NCBI GenBank assembly: GCA_002404865.1
Contig: DHKP01000009.1
Coordinates: 64,806 to 128,805, forward strand
DNA: 64,000 nt
Origin: Bacillales bacterium UBA4691
Lineage (GTDB): Bacteria; Bacillota_I; Bacilli_A; RFN20; CAG-826
Reading direction: 5' to 3'
A program made the position numbers and the translations under genes. The notes beneath the pieces were generated by a model that was not told the DNA's origin, did no database searches, and was given only the letters and a program-made list of their open reading frames with translations. Below, in pieces: positions 9,137 to 19,065 of the stretch (positions within the stretch are counted from its first letter, which is position 1; the number at the start of each line of letters is the position of its first letter).

Positions 9137-10492
9137 ATGGAAAAAACAATCAGTGAAATTGCCGCTTTATGGTCGCGGATTCTCAATCAGATTCGCGAAG
9201 AAATGGGGAAAGAGAATAGCGAAGTGTTCGATAATTTTTTCAAAGACACTTACATCTCCAAGATGGATGGGAGGAAATTCATTGTTGTCGCCAATTCAGA
9301 CGTTGCCACGCAGCTGCTTAACACAACTTTCAAAGAAAAGGTTAATTCCGTCATAAGAAGGGTTACGGAGAGCAACTACGAAGTACATTTTGTGTCTCAG
9401 CCGGAAGTGGAAGAAAAAGCGGTTGAAGATAAACCGAGCTTTTTCTCTTCTAGCAAGCTAAACCCATCTTATACCTTTAAAAATTTCGTCGTTGGACAAA
9501 GTAATCGCGAAGCTTATCAAGCTTCTTTGATGATAAGCAAAAACCCAGGCGAACTCTATAATCCTTTATTGATATACAGCAATAGCGGATTAGGCAAAAC
9601 CCATCTTCTCCACGCGATAGGGAACGCAATAAAGGAATCTTCCCCTTTTAAGCGCGTTCTTTACGTGACAACGCAAGATTTCTTCGAAGAATACGTTAAT
9701 TACGTCAAAGGAAATCACGGCGACGAAAATCTAAAAACGTTCTTCAAAAATTCCGTCGATGTGCTTCTTGTCGACGATATCCAAATGCTAGTGGGGAAAA
9801 GGAAAACCGAGGAGATGTTCTTCAGCATTTTCCAAACTCTCTACCAAATGAATAAACAAATCGTCATCACTAGCGATCAGCACCCCTCCAAGTTAGATGG
9901 TCTTGACGAGCGCTTGAAAAGCCGTTTCACTCAAGGGCTCCCTTTATCAATCAACCCGCCAGACAAAGACACCTGCGAAGCGGTTTTGCGTATGAGAATC
10001 GAAGCGAACGGCTTAGACGTGAACCAATTCGAGCCGGAAGTCATTTCTTACTTCGCATCGAAATTTTCCACAAACATTCGCGAACTTGAAGGTGCTTTAA
10101 ATCGACTTATCTTCTATGTCGTGAACGTCCGTCCCTCTCAGCACATCACCATCGAACTCGCGATGGATTCGATAAGAGGGCTTATTGACGTAAAAAGCGA
10201 TGAAACAAGTTTGTCAATCGCTAAAATAATCGATGTTGTCGCTGATTATTATAACTTATCGCCTGTTCAATTAATCGGAAAAATCCGGACAAACCAAATC
10301 GCCCTAGCTAGACACATCGCAATGTATCTATGTCGAACCTTGCTAGATGCCCAATACGTTAAAATCGGAGAGGCGTTCGGGGGTAAAGACCACGCAACCG
10401 TGATGAGCGCCATCGCAAAAGTGGGAAAAATGTTGAAAACTGACCCAAGCTTAAGCGATGCCATAACCGAGATAGAAGGAAGACTGAAATAG
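9137..10492 (+). CDS. dnaA: Chromosomal replication initiator protein DnaA
   Basis: 451-aa ORF with the AAA+ Walker A GLGKTHLLHAIGN, LLVDDIQ, and a C-terminal DNA-binding helix (ARHIAMYL..GGKDHATVMSA). Confidence 0.97.
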   Translation: MEKTISEIAALWSRILNQIREEMGKENSEVFDNFFKDTYISKMDGRKFIVVANSDVATQLLNTTFKEKVNSVIRRVTESNYEVHFVSQPEVEEKAVEDKPSFFSSSKLNPSYTFKNFVVGQSNREAYQASLMISKNPGELYNPLLIYSNSGLGKTHLLHAIGNAIKESSPFKRVLYVTTQDFFEEYVNYVKGNHGDENLKTFFKNSVDVLLVDDIQMLVGKRKTEEMFFSIFQTLYQMNKQIVITSDQHPSKLDGLDERLKSRFTQGLPLSINPPDKDTCEAVLRMRIEANGLDVNQFEPEVISYFASKFSTNIRELEGALNRLIFYVVNVRPSQHITIELAMDSIRGLIDVKSDETSLSIAKIIDVVADYYNLSPVQLIGKIRTNQIALARHIAMYLCRTLLDAQYVKIGEAFGGKDHATVMSAIAKVGKMLKTDPSLSDAITEIEGRLK

Positions 10493-10569
10493 CGATAACG
10501 TCTAACGCTATTAGATGAATATGACTCGTGCTAAGATATCCTAGAATGCGGAAAAAGCGAAAAAAAACA

Positions 10570-10645
10570 TCGAGTTTTCCACAAATCCACATCCGCTTAT
10601 TATTATTAATATCTTTAATAAAAAAATAATAAAAACAATTAAGGA
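10570..10645. promoter_or_regulatory. oriC part 2: DnaA box plus AT-rich candidate unwinding element between dnaA and dnaN
   Basis: TTTTCCACA lies at 10575-10583, followed by AATCCACAT. A nearly pure A/T stretch then runs about 10597-10640 (TTATTATTATTAATATCTTTAATAAAAAAATAATAAAAACAATTAA). Confidence 0.7.
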
Positions 10646-10653
10646 GGAACCAC

Positions 10654-11772
10654 ATGCGTTTCACGATTAATAGGAACGAATTCTTGAAAGGGCTCACTAC
10701 CGCCAGTAGAGCAATCGGCAGCAAATCCACTAACCCCGCACTTTTATGTTTTAAGCTCGAAGTCACAAATAAAGGGTTGGAGATCACAAGTTCCAATAGC
10801 GATATTGCCATCTGGACGCTTTTGCCAGTGATGAAAGGCGATAAAGAAATCCTTAGAGACCTGATCCCGGGTACGGTGTTGGTGAATGCCTATACCTTAG
10901 TGGAATTCACCCGTAAAGGCGAAGGCGATGAACTTTCCTTAGAGGTGATTGATAACACTGCGAGAATCACCGTTGGGAAATTATCCGCTAACCTTGTTTG
11001 CATGAACGGAGACGAATACCCAAACATTTCCTTTGAGCAAGTCGCTATGCCGTTTTCCATCCCTTGTTCCAGTTTGATACAATTAGTCGACCAAACCTCT
11101 TTTGCGGCTTTAACAAAGGAAACGCGACCGATTCTTACCGCAATCAATCTTCGCGCGGAAAACGGCAAATTGATTGCCACTGCGACGGATAGCGCTCGTC
11201 TTTCCCGCAAATTCGTCGACGTTGATCCCGAATTCCGCTTCAGTTCCAATATCCCGGCAAAAACCCTTGTTGATGTCACGAAACTCCTTGACCCCGCTGG
11301 CAATGTCGAAATTTCCGCGTCAAATGAAAAGATTACGTTCAGTTTCAACAACGTGATCGTTTCTAGTCGCCTGATCGGAGAGACTTACCCGGTTTCGAAT
11401 TCCATCATTCCAACGAATTTCAACTACTACTTGGAAGTGAATTCGCAACAGCTTCTTTCTGCCGTTGACCGCGTTAGCATCCTTTCGCAAAACGTTGTCC
11501 CGGTGGTGAAGCTCTCTATGAATGAAGAAACGGTTTCTGTTTCTACCGCAAATCAGCAAACGGGATATGGCGAAGAAAAACTCAGCACCTACACCTATGA
11601 TGGCGATTCTTTGGAGATTGCCTTCAACGCAGTCTTTGTGACCGAAGCGGTAAAGGCCCTTGGGTGCGAAGACGTTCAGTTTTCTTTCATTGGCGAAATG
11701 AAGCCCTTTGTCATTAAAAACCCCAAAGATGATTCCGTCGTGGAACTCATCACGCCCATGAGGACAAGATGA
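10654..11772 (+). CDS. dnaN: DNA polymerase III beta sliding clamp
   Basis: 372-aa ORF with the MRFTINRNEFLKGL start typical of DnaN. It has the three-domain length, dnaA-dnaN synteny and a TGA stop. Confidence 0.95.
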   Translation: MRFTINRNEFLKGLTTASRAIGSKSTNPALLCFKLEVTNKGLEITSSNSDIAIWTLLPVMKGDKEILRDLIPGTVLVNAYTLVEFTRKGEGDELSLEVIDNTARITVGKLSANLVCMNGDEYPNISFEQVAMPFSIPCSSLIQLVDQTSFAALTKETRPILTAINLRAENGKLIATATDSARLSRKFVDVDPEFRFSSNIPAKTLVDVTKLLDPAGNVEISASNEKITFSFNNVIVSSRLIGETYPVSNSIIPTNFNYYLEVNSQQLLSAVDRVSILSQNVVPVVKLSMNEETVSVSTANQQTGYGEEKLSTYTYDGDSLEIAFNAVFVTEAVKALGCEDVQFSFIGEMKPFVIKNPKDDSVVELITPMRTR

Positions 11773-11801
11773 GGCAAAAAAACGAAAATAGAAATCGGAA
11801 G

Positions 11802-11830
11802 AAGGGATGACGAAAGTCATTCCTTTTTTT
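11802..11830 (+). terminator. Intrinsic terminator after dnaN
   Basis: A 10-bp stem pairs AAGGGATGAC with GTCATTCCTT (one G-U pair) around a GAAA tetraloop, followed by T7. Confidence 0.75.
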
Positions 11831-11854
11831 ACTACGAAGTAGTAAAATTTTTTC

Positions 11855-12097
11855 ATGGGTAAAAACGATAAAAACAATCAAACAAATCAAGTGGTTACCA
11901 TTTTCGGCGACTACATCACTTTGGGGCAACTTCTTAAGTTCGTCCACATCGTTGACGAAGGAGGGATGGCGAAAACTTATCTTTTGACCCACAAGGTTCT
12001 TGTTAACGAAGAGGCGGAGTTTCGACGCGGAAGAAAGCTTCGACCCGGGGACAAAGTCACGCTTGACGAAGGGAGCTTCCTCATCGAACGCAAATGA
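11855..12097 (+). CDS. yaaA: S4-domain RNA-binding protein YaaA
   Basis: 80-aa ORF with the ITLGQLLK..GGMAK..V.VNEE.E.RRGRKLRPGD pattern. It sits between dnaN and recF, as in Bacillus. Confidence 0.85.
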   Translation: MGKNDKNNQTNQVVTIFGDYITLGQLLKFVHIVDEGGMAKTYLLTHKVLVNEEAEFRRGRKLRPGDKVTLDEGSFLIERK

Positions 12098-13179
12098 TTC
12101 TTTCTCGTATTGAACTTCGCGACTGGCGCTCTTATTCCTCTTTGAATCTCACCTTTGACAAAGGGTTAAACATCATCGAAGGAAAAAACGGAGAAGGCAA
12201 AACCAATATCGCTGAGGCAATTCATTATTTGTCTTTCGCTCACAGTTGGAGAGTGGATGATGATACGCGTCTATTGCGGTTTGGAGCATCGAATTCTCTT
12301 ATCCGTGCTTATGTGAGCGAAGGTGAGCTGAAGCGACTGATCGAAATTCGTTTGTCAAAAGACGGAAAGCGAATCTTGCTCAATGAAAAGCCACTTCGGA
12401 AATTGAGTGAACTTTCTTCACTTACGAACGTCTTACTCTTCTCTCCCATCGATACGGGATTATTCGTTGGCTCTCCTGGAAACCGCAGGAGTTTCCTAGA
12501 CACAAGTATCGCGAAAACCGACTCCGCTTATCTCTCTTTAATCGGGACGTACCGCCACTTGCTTGCCGAACGGAACGCTTCATTAAAAGCTGAAAAGCGT
12601 AACCTCGACTATCTGGAAGTCCTTGTAGAGAGACTTCTAGAAGTAGAGAAGCCGATCATCGAGAAGCGATTAGCTTACGTCAATTCCCTAAACGAGCACC
12701 TTTCACCCTTGGCGAGTCGCCTATTTGGCTCTCATCGCGCCGTGAAGGTGGTCTATCGCCCTTTCTTAGAGATGAACGATAACTTTATCGAAGAAGGAAA
12801 AAAAGCCTATAAGAAGAGCCTAGAAAGCGACCTCATCCACAAAAGCACATCCTTAGGGGTGCATCGAGAAGACTTCGTTTGCTATCTCGATGGCAAAGAC
12901 ATTGGCGTTTATGGCTCACAAGGCGAGAACCGTCTAGCTGCCATCGCCTTAAAACTATGCCCCTACTTCCTTATCTCTCAGCCGAACAAAAAACCGATCG
13001 CGGTCTTAGATGACATTTATAGCGAACTTGATTCATTTCACGCAAAGAATCTCTCGACATTATTACTCACATTGAATCAAACCTTCGTGACTGCGACAAA
13101 ACTCAATATACCCGGGGCCTCCTATATCGAGGTTACCGATCATAAAGCCTATAGGAGGAAAAGCGAATATGGCGAATGA
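12094..13179 (+). CDS. recF: DNA replication and repair protein RecF
   Basis: 361-aa ORF with Walker A GKNGEGKTNIAEAI, the signature SQGENR and LLDDIYSELD. It has a 4-nt overlap with yaaA and a TGA stop. Confidence 0.93.
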   Translation: MILSRIELRDWRSYSSLNLTFDKGLNIIEGKNGEGKTNIAEAIHYLSFAHSWRVDDDTRLLRFGASNSLIRAYVSEGELKRLIEIRLSKDGKRILLNEKPLRKLSELSSLTNVLLFSPIDTGLFVGSPGNRRSFLDTSIAKTDSAYLSLIGTYRHLLAERNASLKAEKRNLDYLEVLVERLLEVEKPIIEKRLAYVNSLNEHLSPLASRLFGSHRAVKVVYRPFLEMNDNFIEEGKKAYKKSLESDLIHKSTSLGVHREDFVCYLDGKDIGVYGSQGENRLAAIALKLCPYFLISQPNKKPIAVLDDIYSELDSFHAKNLSTLLLTLNQTFVTATKLNIPGASYIEVTDHKAYRRKSEYGE

Positions 13180-15247
13180 AGAAAAAGATACGTTCGATGA
13201 AGCGGCAAAAGACGCTGGTATCAGTAAAGCCTCTCTCGAGGAAGAAGAAAAGAACACTTATACCGCTCTCGACGTCAAAGACGAGAAAGGCCTAGAAAAA
13301 GCGGATGCGAGCTATACCGCAGATAACATTCAGGTTCTCGAAGGACTAGAGGCCGTTAGAAAACGTCCAGGCATGTATATCGGTACGACAGCCGGAGCTG
13401 GCCTCCATCACCTTGTTTGGGAAATCGTCGATAATTCGATCGACGAAGCACTTGCTGGATATTGTACCCATATTGAAGTGACCATCAATAAAGGCGATAG
13501 CATTACCGTGACCGATAATGGACGCGGCATTCCTGTCGATATCGTTAAAAAATCTGGATTATCCGGCGTTGAGACTGCCTACACCATCCTTCACGCGGGC
13601 GGCAAATTCGGAGAAGGCGGCGGTTATAAAGTCTCTGGCGGTTTACACGGCGTTGGCGCGTCGGTCGTTAACGCTCTTTCCAGTTGGTGCGAGGTTGTCG
13701 TTCATAAAAACGGCGGTATCTACAAAGTCCGCTTCGAAGATGGCGGGCACATTAAAGATCGCCTTACCAAAATTGGAACTTGTTCCGAAGAAGAGCACGG
13801 CACAAGCGTCACTTTCTTGCCTGATCCAACCATTTTCACCGAAACCACTCACTATAATTACGAGACCATCAAGAATCACCTTCGTCAGATGGCTTTCCTT
13901 AATGGTGGCGTCAAAATCACTTTGACGGATAACCGTGGCGAAACACCAGTAAGCGAGGTTTTCCTCTATAACGGCGGTATCAAAGAATACGTCGCTTTCA
14001 TCAATAGCGCGAAACTTCCAATCAATAACGAAGTTATCTATTGCCAAGGGGCGGAAGAAGTCACCTTCAATGATGGCAATAAAGAAAGGATTTACGCTGA
14101 AATCGCTATGCAGTGGGCGGATAGCTATAGTAACGACGGCGTCTATTCTTTTTGCAACAACATTTCCACAAAAGAAGGCGGAACGCATGTTGAAGGCTTT
14201 AATCTCGCTTTAAATCGCACGATTAATGACTATGCCCGCCAATTCAAATTCCTTGATGAAAAAGATCCGAATTTCACCACCGATGATTGCCGCGAAGGTT
14301 TGACTTGCGTTATTTCCGTAAAACATCCTAATCCGCAATACGAAGGGCAAACCAAAACGAAATTAGGCAATAGCGAAGTTCGCAAAATCGTTTCTACGAT
14401 CGTTGGTCAACAGCTAAAAGAATATCTCCTTGAGCATCCAGAACAAGCCAAGCTCATTTTAGAGAAAGTGCGTATCGCTTCTCGTTCTCGTATGGCGGCA
14501 CAAGTTGCGCGCGAAAAAACCCGCAAATCCCCGCTCGATATCACTACCCTCCCCGGAAAATTAGCTGATTGCTCAAGTAAAGACCCCACGCTTTGCGAGC
14601 TTTATATCGTTGAGGGTAATTCCGCAGGCGGCAGCGCTAAAAACGGCCGCGACCGTGAAACGCAAGCCATTCTTCCGTTAAGAGGAAAAATCCTTAATGT
14701 TGAAAAAGCCCGCGAAGAGCGAATCTTCAAAAACGCGGAAATCGGAAATATGATCACCGCGATCGGTGGCGGAATTCGCGAGAATTTTGATATTAGCAAA
14801 ATTCGTTATCATAAAATCGTCATCATGACCGATGCTGATGTCGATGGTGACCACATCCGCATTCTTTTGCTTACTTTCTTCTACCGCTTCATGCGTCCTC
14901 TTATCGATGGCGGTTATGTTTATATTGCGCAACCTCCGCTTTATAAAATCGACTACAAAGGACAGGCTTATTACGCTTATAACGACGAACAGCTTGAAGT
15001 GCTTAAAAAGCAGCTTCAACTCAAATCAGGCTATCCATTCCAACGCTATAAAGGACTTGGTGAAATGGATGCAGAGCAGCTATGGGAAACCACAATGGAC
15101 CCGAAGGTACGCAAGATGATTCGTATCACCGTCGATGATGCCGCTAATGCCGAAAGAGCATTCTCCGAACTTATGGGCGATGACGTTATGCCGCGTAAAG
15201 CGTTCATTGAGAAAAACGCAAAATTCGTGCAAAACCTAGATATTTAA
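13169..15247 (+). CDS. gyrB: DNA gyrase subunit B
   Basis: 692-aa ORF with LEGLEAVRKRPGMYIG, the GHKL ATPase, the Toprim motif EGNSAGGSAK and PLRGKILNVE. It carries an N-terminal acidic extension of about 45 aa. Confidence 0.97.
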   Translation: MANEEKDTFDEAAKDAGISKASLEEEEKNTYTALDVKDEKGLEKADASYTADNIQVLEGLEAVRKRPGMYIGTTAGAGLHHLVWEIVDNSIDEALAGYCTHIEVTINKGDSITVTDNGRGIPVDIVKKSGLSGVETAYTILHAGGKFGEGGGYKVSGGLHGVGASVVNALSSWCEVVVHKNGGIYKVRFEDGGHIKDRLTKIGTCSEEEHGTSVTFLPDPTIFTETTHYNYETIKNHLRQMAFLNGGVKITLTDNRGETPVSEVFLYNGGIKEYVAFINSAKLPINNEVIYCQGAEEVTFNDGNKERIYAEIAMQWADSYSNDGVYSFCNNISTKEGGTHVEGFNLALNRTINDYARQFKFLDEKDPNFTTDDCREGLTCVISVKHPNPQYEGQTKTKLGNSEVRKIVSTIVGQQLKEYLLEHPEQAKLILEKVRIASRSRMAAQVAREKTRKSPLDITTLPGKLADCSSKDPTLCELYIVEGNSAGGSAKNGRDRETQAILPLRGKILNVEKAREERIFKNAEIGNMITAIGGGIRENFDISKIRYHKIVIMTDADVDGDHIRILLLTFFYRFMRPLIDGGYVYIAQPPLYKIDYKGQAYYAYNDEQLEVLKKQLQLKSGYPFQRYKGLGEMDAEQLWETTMDPKVRKMIRITVDDAANAERAFSELMGDDVMPRKAFIEKNAKFVQNLDI

Positions 15248-15265
15248 TCTTTTGGAGGCGAAAAA

Positions 15266-18034
15266 ATGGACAACGAAGAAAAGAAAAACGAAGAGATTAA
15301 AGAAAACCCCTCCTCTAACGATGATGATGCGGCCATTATGGCTTCCGTCGATAATCGTTATCACGATAAAATCGACACTTCCGCAACCGCCGGCATTGTG
15401 CCGGGGCTTGTTGACCGCGAGGTCACTAGCGAAGTAGAAACCGCCTTCCTTAGTTACTCGATGTCGGTTATTGTTTCGCGTGCAATTCCCGATGTTCGCG
15501 ATGGCTTAAAACCGGTCCAGCGCCGTATTATTTATGGCATGGACGAAGCGGGCATGCAGCCTGGCAAGCCATATAAAAAGAGCGCTCGTATCGTTGGAGA
15601 TGTCATGGGTAAATATCACCCACACGGCGATTCGGCTTTATACGGCACCCTCGTTCGTATGGCTCAGCCCTTTTCGATGCGTTATACCCTTGTTGATGGG
15701 CATGGTAACTTCGGTGACATCGATGGCGATGAAGCCGCCGCGATGCGTTATACCGAAGCGAGAATGAACCGCCTTTCGGTAGAAATGGTGCGTGACATTA
15801 ACGAAAACACTGTTGATTTCGTGGATAATTACGATGGCACGGAAAAAGAACCTTCCGTTCTCCCATCCCGTTTCCCAAACCTTATCGTCAATGGCTCTGA
15901 GGGCATCGCTGTTGGTATGGCCACGAATATGGCCCCTCATAACCTCACTGAAGCGATTAATGCGGTTGTTGCGATTGCGAAAAACCCATCTCTTACCCCG
16001 CTAGAGATTATGCAAAATTATCTCCATGGACCTGATTTTCCTACCGGCGGGACGATTTTAGGCCGCCAAGGGATTTTGGAAGCTTACGAAACCGGAACCG
16101 GCACCGTTACGATTCGTAGCAAATACCATATCGAAGAGCAAGATAATGGCAAATCCCGCATCATCGTTACGGAAATCCCTTACCAAGTGAACAAAAGCGC
16201 GATGATCACCGCGATGGCGGGGCTTGTCCGCGATAAAGTTCTTGATGGTATCACCGATATCCGCGACGAATCCAATAAAGAAGGCATTCGTATTGTCATC
16301 GAAGTCCGTAGAGACTGCGTTCCGGAAGTGATTGCCAATAACCTTTTAAAACACACACAACTTCAAATCAATTTCGGAATTATCAACCTTTGCCTTGTTG
16401 ACGGCGCGCCAAAAATCCTCCCCATTACCGATTTATTAAACAATTATGTCGATTTCCAAGTTTCGGTTTTGACTCGCCGCACCAAATATCGCCTAACTCG
16501 TGATAGTGCCCGCGATCATATCGTCACAGGCCTTATCTTGGCCCATGATAATATCGACGAAGTCATTCATATCATCCGCGATTCCAAAACGGATGACGAA
16601 TCTTCTAAGCGTTTAGGCGAAAGATTCGGTTTCACCGATGACCAAACGCAAGCGATTTTAGCAATGACCCTTCGCAAGCTCCAAGGCATGGAGCAAGACA
16701 AACTCCAGGCTGAGCACGCCCAATTAACGGCAAATATTGCTGAATACAACCGTCTTCTCTCTAGTCGCGATAACATCATCGACTTACTCATCAAAGAACT
16801 TGAAGACATCAAGAATCGTTTTGGCGATAAGCGTCTTACCGATATCAGCGATGAAGCCGCCAATATCGATAACGAAGACCTTCTTCCAAAAGAGGATATC
16901 GTTGTTCTTCTTACCAAAAACGGCTATATCAAGAGAATGAGTGAAGACACATTCCGCACCCAAAATCGTGGCGGACGTGGTGTTAAAGGCATTACGACAG
17001 GTAGTAATGACCATGTCGCCTTAATGGTTTATGCCCACACTCACACCGATATCTTGTTCTTCTCTAGTTATGGCACGGTTTATCGCTTACGCGGATATCA
17101 AATCCCGGATGCCGCTAGAGATGGAAAAGGCATCCCCGCCATTAATTTATTGAATCTCGATCAAGAAGAAAAAATCGTCGCCATTGTTCCTTGCGATGAT
17201 TACCCAGAAGACAATTATCTCTTCTTCTGCACGGTAAACGGCGTTGTAAAGAGAGTTTCTTTAAAACTATTCGAATCCATCCATAGCAACGGCAAACGCG
17301 CTCTCGGGCTCAAAGATGGCGACATGCTGCTTGATGTAAAGAGAACCGATGGTCACGCCATTATTTCTTTGGCCTCTAATAACGGGAAGGTTTGCTCCTT
17401 TAATGAAGATGAGGTCCGTGCGATGGGGCGCGATGCTTCTGGCGTAAAAGGCATGAATTTAGACGATGGCTCGCACCTTGTTGGAATTACTAGCTCCTTA
17501 GAAGGCGACCGTATCCTTGTTCTTTCTAAACAAGGCCAAGGAAAGATTAGCTATGCAAAAGACACCGATATCCCGCAAGAAGACGGAAGCGTTCGTCATT
17601 ACGATGGATATCGTCTTACTTCTAGAGGCGCAAAAGGCGTCATCTCGCTTAAAGTCACCGATAAAGGCGGCGAACTCTATGCGATGAAAGCGGTACGTGG
17701 CGATGAAGATTTGATGGTTGTCACCAACAAAGGCATCGTCATCCGTATGCCGATTGACCAAATCAAGGTCGCGGGTAGAAATACTCAAGGCGTCAAGATT
17801 CTTGCTTTAGAAAAAGGTCAATATGTCGCTTCTATTGCCATTTTGCCTCATGCCGATGAATCCGTAGAAGAAGTAGCGGATAATACTGACGATGAAATCA
17901 ACCCTGCTTTAGTCAAAGAAAATGAAGAATCCGTCGAAGCGAAAGAAAAGGTTGTTACTCCAGATGACGTCGATGAAATTGATGAAGACGCATCTAGTGA
18001 AGACGATATCTCTTCCGGCAAAGACGACTTATAA
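15266..18034 (+). CDS. gyrA: DNA gyrase subunit A
   Basis: 922-aa ORF with [10 protein letters not shown], the active-site region [13 protein letters not shown]-type [10 protein letters not shown] and beta-pinwheel repeats. Both the N-terminal extension and the C-terminal tail are acidic. Confidence 0.97.
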   Translation: MDNEEKKNEEIKENPSSNDDDAAIMASVDNRYHDKIDTSATAGIVPGLVDREVTSEVETAFLSYSMSVIVSRAIPDVRDGLKPVQRRIIYGMDEAGMQPGKPYKKSARIVGDVMGKYHPHGDSALYGTLVRMAQPFSMRYTLVDGHGNFGDIDGDEAAAMRYTEARMNRLSVEMVRDINENTVDFVDNYDGTEKEPSVLPSRFPNLIVNGSEGIAVGMATNMAPHNLTEAINAVVAIAKNPSLTPLEIMQNYLHGPDFPTGGTILGRQGILEAYETGTGTVTIRSKYHIEEQDNGKSRIIVTEIPYQVNKSAMITAMAGLVRDKVLDGITDIRDESNKEGIRIVIEVRRDCVPEVIANNLLKHTQLQINFGIINLCLVDGAPKILPITDLLNNYVDFQVSVLTRRTKYRLTRDSARDHIVTGLILAHDNIDEVIHIIRDSKTDDESSKRLGERFGFTDDQTQAILAMTLRKLQGMEQDKLQAEHAQLTANIAEYNRLLSSRDNIIDLLIKELEDIKNRFGDKRLTDISDEAANIDNEDLLPKEDIVVLLTKNGYIKRMSEDTFRTQNRGGRGVKGITTGSNDHVALMVYAHTHTDILFFSSYGTVYRLRGYQIPDAARDGKGIPAINLLNLDQEEKIVAIVPCDDYPEDNYLFFCTVNGVVKRVSLKLFESIHSNGKRALGLKDGDMLLDVKRTDGHAIISLASNNGKVCSFNEDEVRAMGRDASGVKGMNLDDGSHLVGITSSLEGDRILVLSKQGQGKISYAKDTDIPQEDGSVRHYDGYRLTSRGAKGVISLKVTDKGGELYAMKAVRGDEDLMVVTNKGIVIRMPIDQIKVAGRNTQGVKILALEKGQYVASIAILPHADESVEEVADNTDDEINPALVKENEESVEAKEKVVTPDDVDEIDEDASSEDDISSGKDDL

Positions 18035-18048
18035 TCATCCGCTTAAAT

Positions 18049-19065
18049 ATGAAGCCGTTCATCTATTCTAACGAAAAAGAAGAATGCGCTTTCGAGGGCG
18101 TTCGCTTGAGAAAAAACCTCAAGGGCGCCCTTGAACTCGCTAAAGTGAGCTATGTTTCCAATTTTTTCGCCGCCCCCGATATTTTTCATACTTTCTCCCC
18201 TATCAAAGAAGACGTCATTAAAGAAGCAAAAGAAAGCGGGGCTAAAATTGTAACGAGTGTTTTTTATGCTTCTCACGATCCACTCTATACGTTTTTAGAA
18301 AAAACGAAAAACGGTTATGAAATCAGCAAATTAGGTCAAAAGACCCTACTTGCTAGCGATATGATTTTTGTTCCTAATGCTGAGTGTGAGCAATACTTGC
18401 TTGCGCTCGGATTAGAAATGCCTATTATCGTTTTAACCCCTGGGATAAATCTTTCTCGATTTGATGGAATCGATGAATTAGAAAAAGAAGTTTTCGGGAG
18501 ATACGCTGGCTTGCAAAAAGAGCAAAAATACGTTATTTCATCAGGGGATTACAAGGATATTGAAGGATTAAAACGATTGAGTTATCTTGCAAAAATCCAT
18601 CCGAATTTGCGTTTTTTCTTTTTTGGGAGCAATGACAGAGGCATTTCTAGTTACCATTATCGGAAGCGTCTTTCTAAACTATATGGCCAAAACATTTCTT
18701 TCTATGGGCTCGTGGAGGATGACGTCTATCGGAGTGCGATGAGCGGAGCGCTTGCCTATTTGTCTTTGGGTTCTCTACCTGATTATTTAGGCGTTTTAGA
18801 TGCAATGAGCTCAAAAACGCCGGTTTATGAAATTACGCGTCCAATTTTTGGCAATTTGGCGAAAAACGGTAAGACTGGCTGGGTACATGCCGAAATCGAA
18901 AATCTCGACCAATGTTTTAGCTTAATGTGCCAAAGGGAGGAAAACCCGACTATAATCGAAGCGTATGAATTTGCTAAATCCAATTCTTTGCGAAAACTTG
19001 GAGAAGAATTAATACGCAATTACGAGACTTTATTAAATTCAAAGGAGAATAATTCAAATGATTGA
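18049..19065 (+). CDS. Glycosyltransferase-like protein (GT-B / GT4-like fold suspected)
   Basis: 338-aa ORF. Its architecture and C-terminal half (..FFFGSNDRG...FYGLVEDDVY....LDAMSSKTPVY) resemble GT1/GT4 enzymes, but the usual EX7E-type acidic residues are not obvious. Confidence 0.45.
   Translation: MKPFIYSNEKEECAFEGVRLRKNLKGALELAKVSYVSNFFAAPDIFHTFSPIKEDVIKEAKESGAKIVTSVFYASHDPLYTFLEKTKNGYEISKLGQKTLLASDMIFVPNAECEQYLLALGLEMPIIVLTPGINLSRFDGIDELEKEVFGRYAGLQKEQKYVISSGDYKDIEGLKRLSYLAKIHPNLRFFFFGSNDRGISSYHYRKRLSKLYGQNISFYGLVEDDVYRSAMSGALAYLSLGSLPDYLGVLDAMSSKTPVYEITRPIFGNLAKNGKTGWVHAEIENLDQCFSLMCQREENPTIIEAYEFAKSNSLRKLGEELIRNYETLLNSKENNSND

Noticed and set aside
10359-11877. Long antisense ORFs (150 aa, 153 aa, 185 aa) opposite dnaA/dnaN. 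Similar ORFs lie opposite gyrB (13643-14188), rnpA (8101-8523) and the island genes (55026-55535, 58537-59010).
   Set aside because: These are shadow frames of strongly supported genes. They have no RBS and their sequences are low-complexity or odd in composition.
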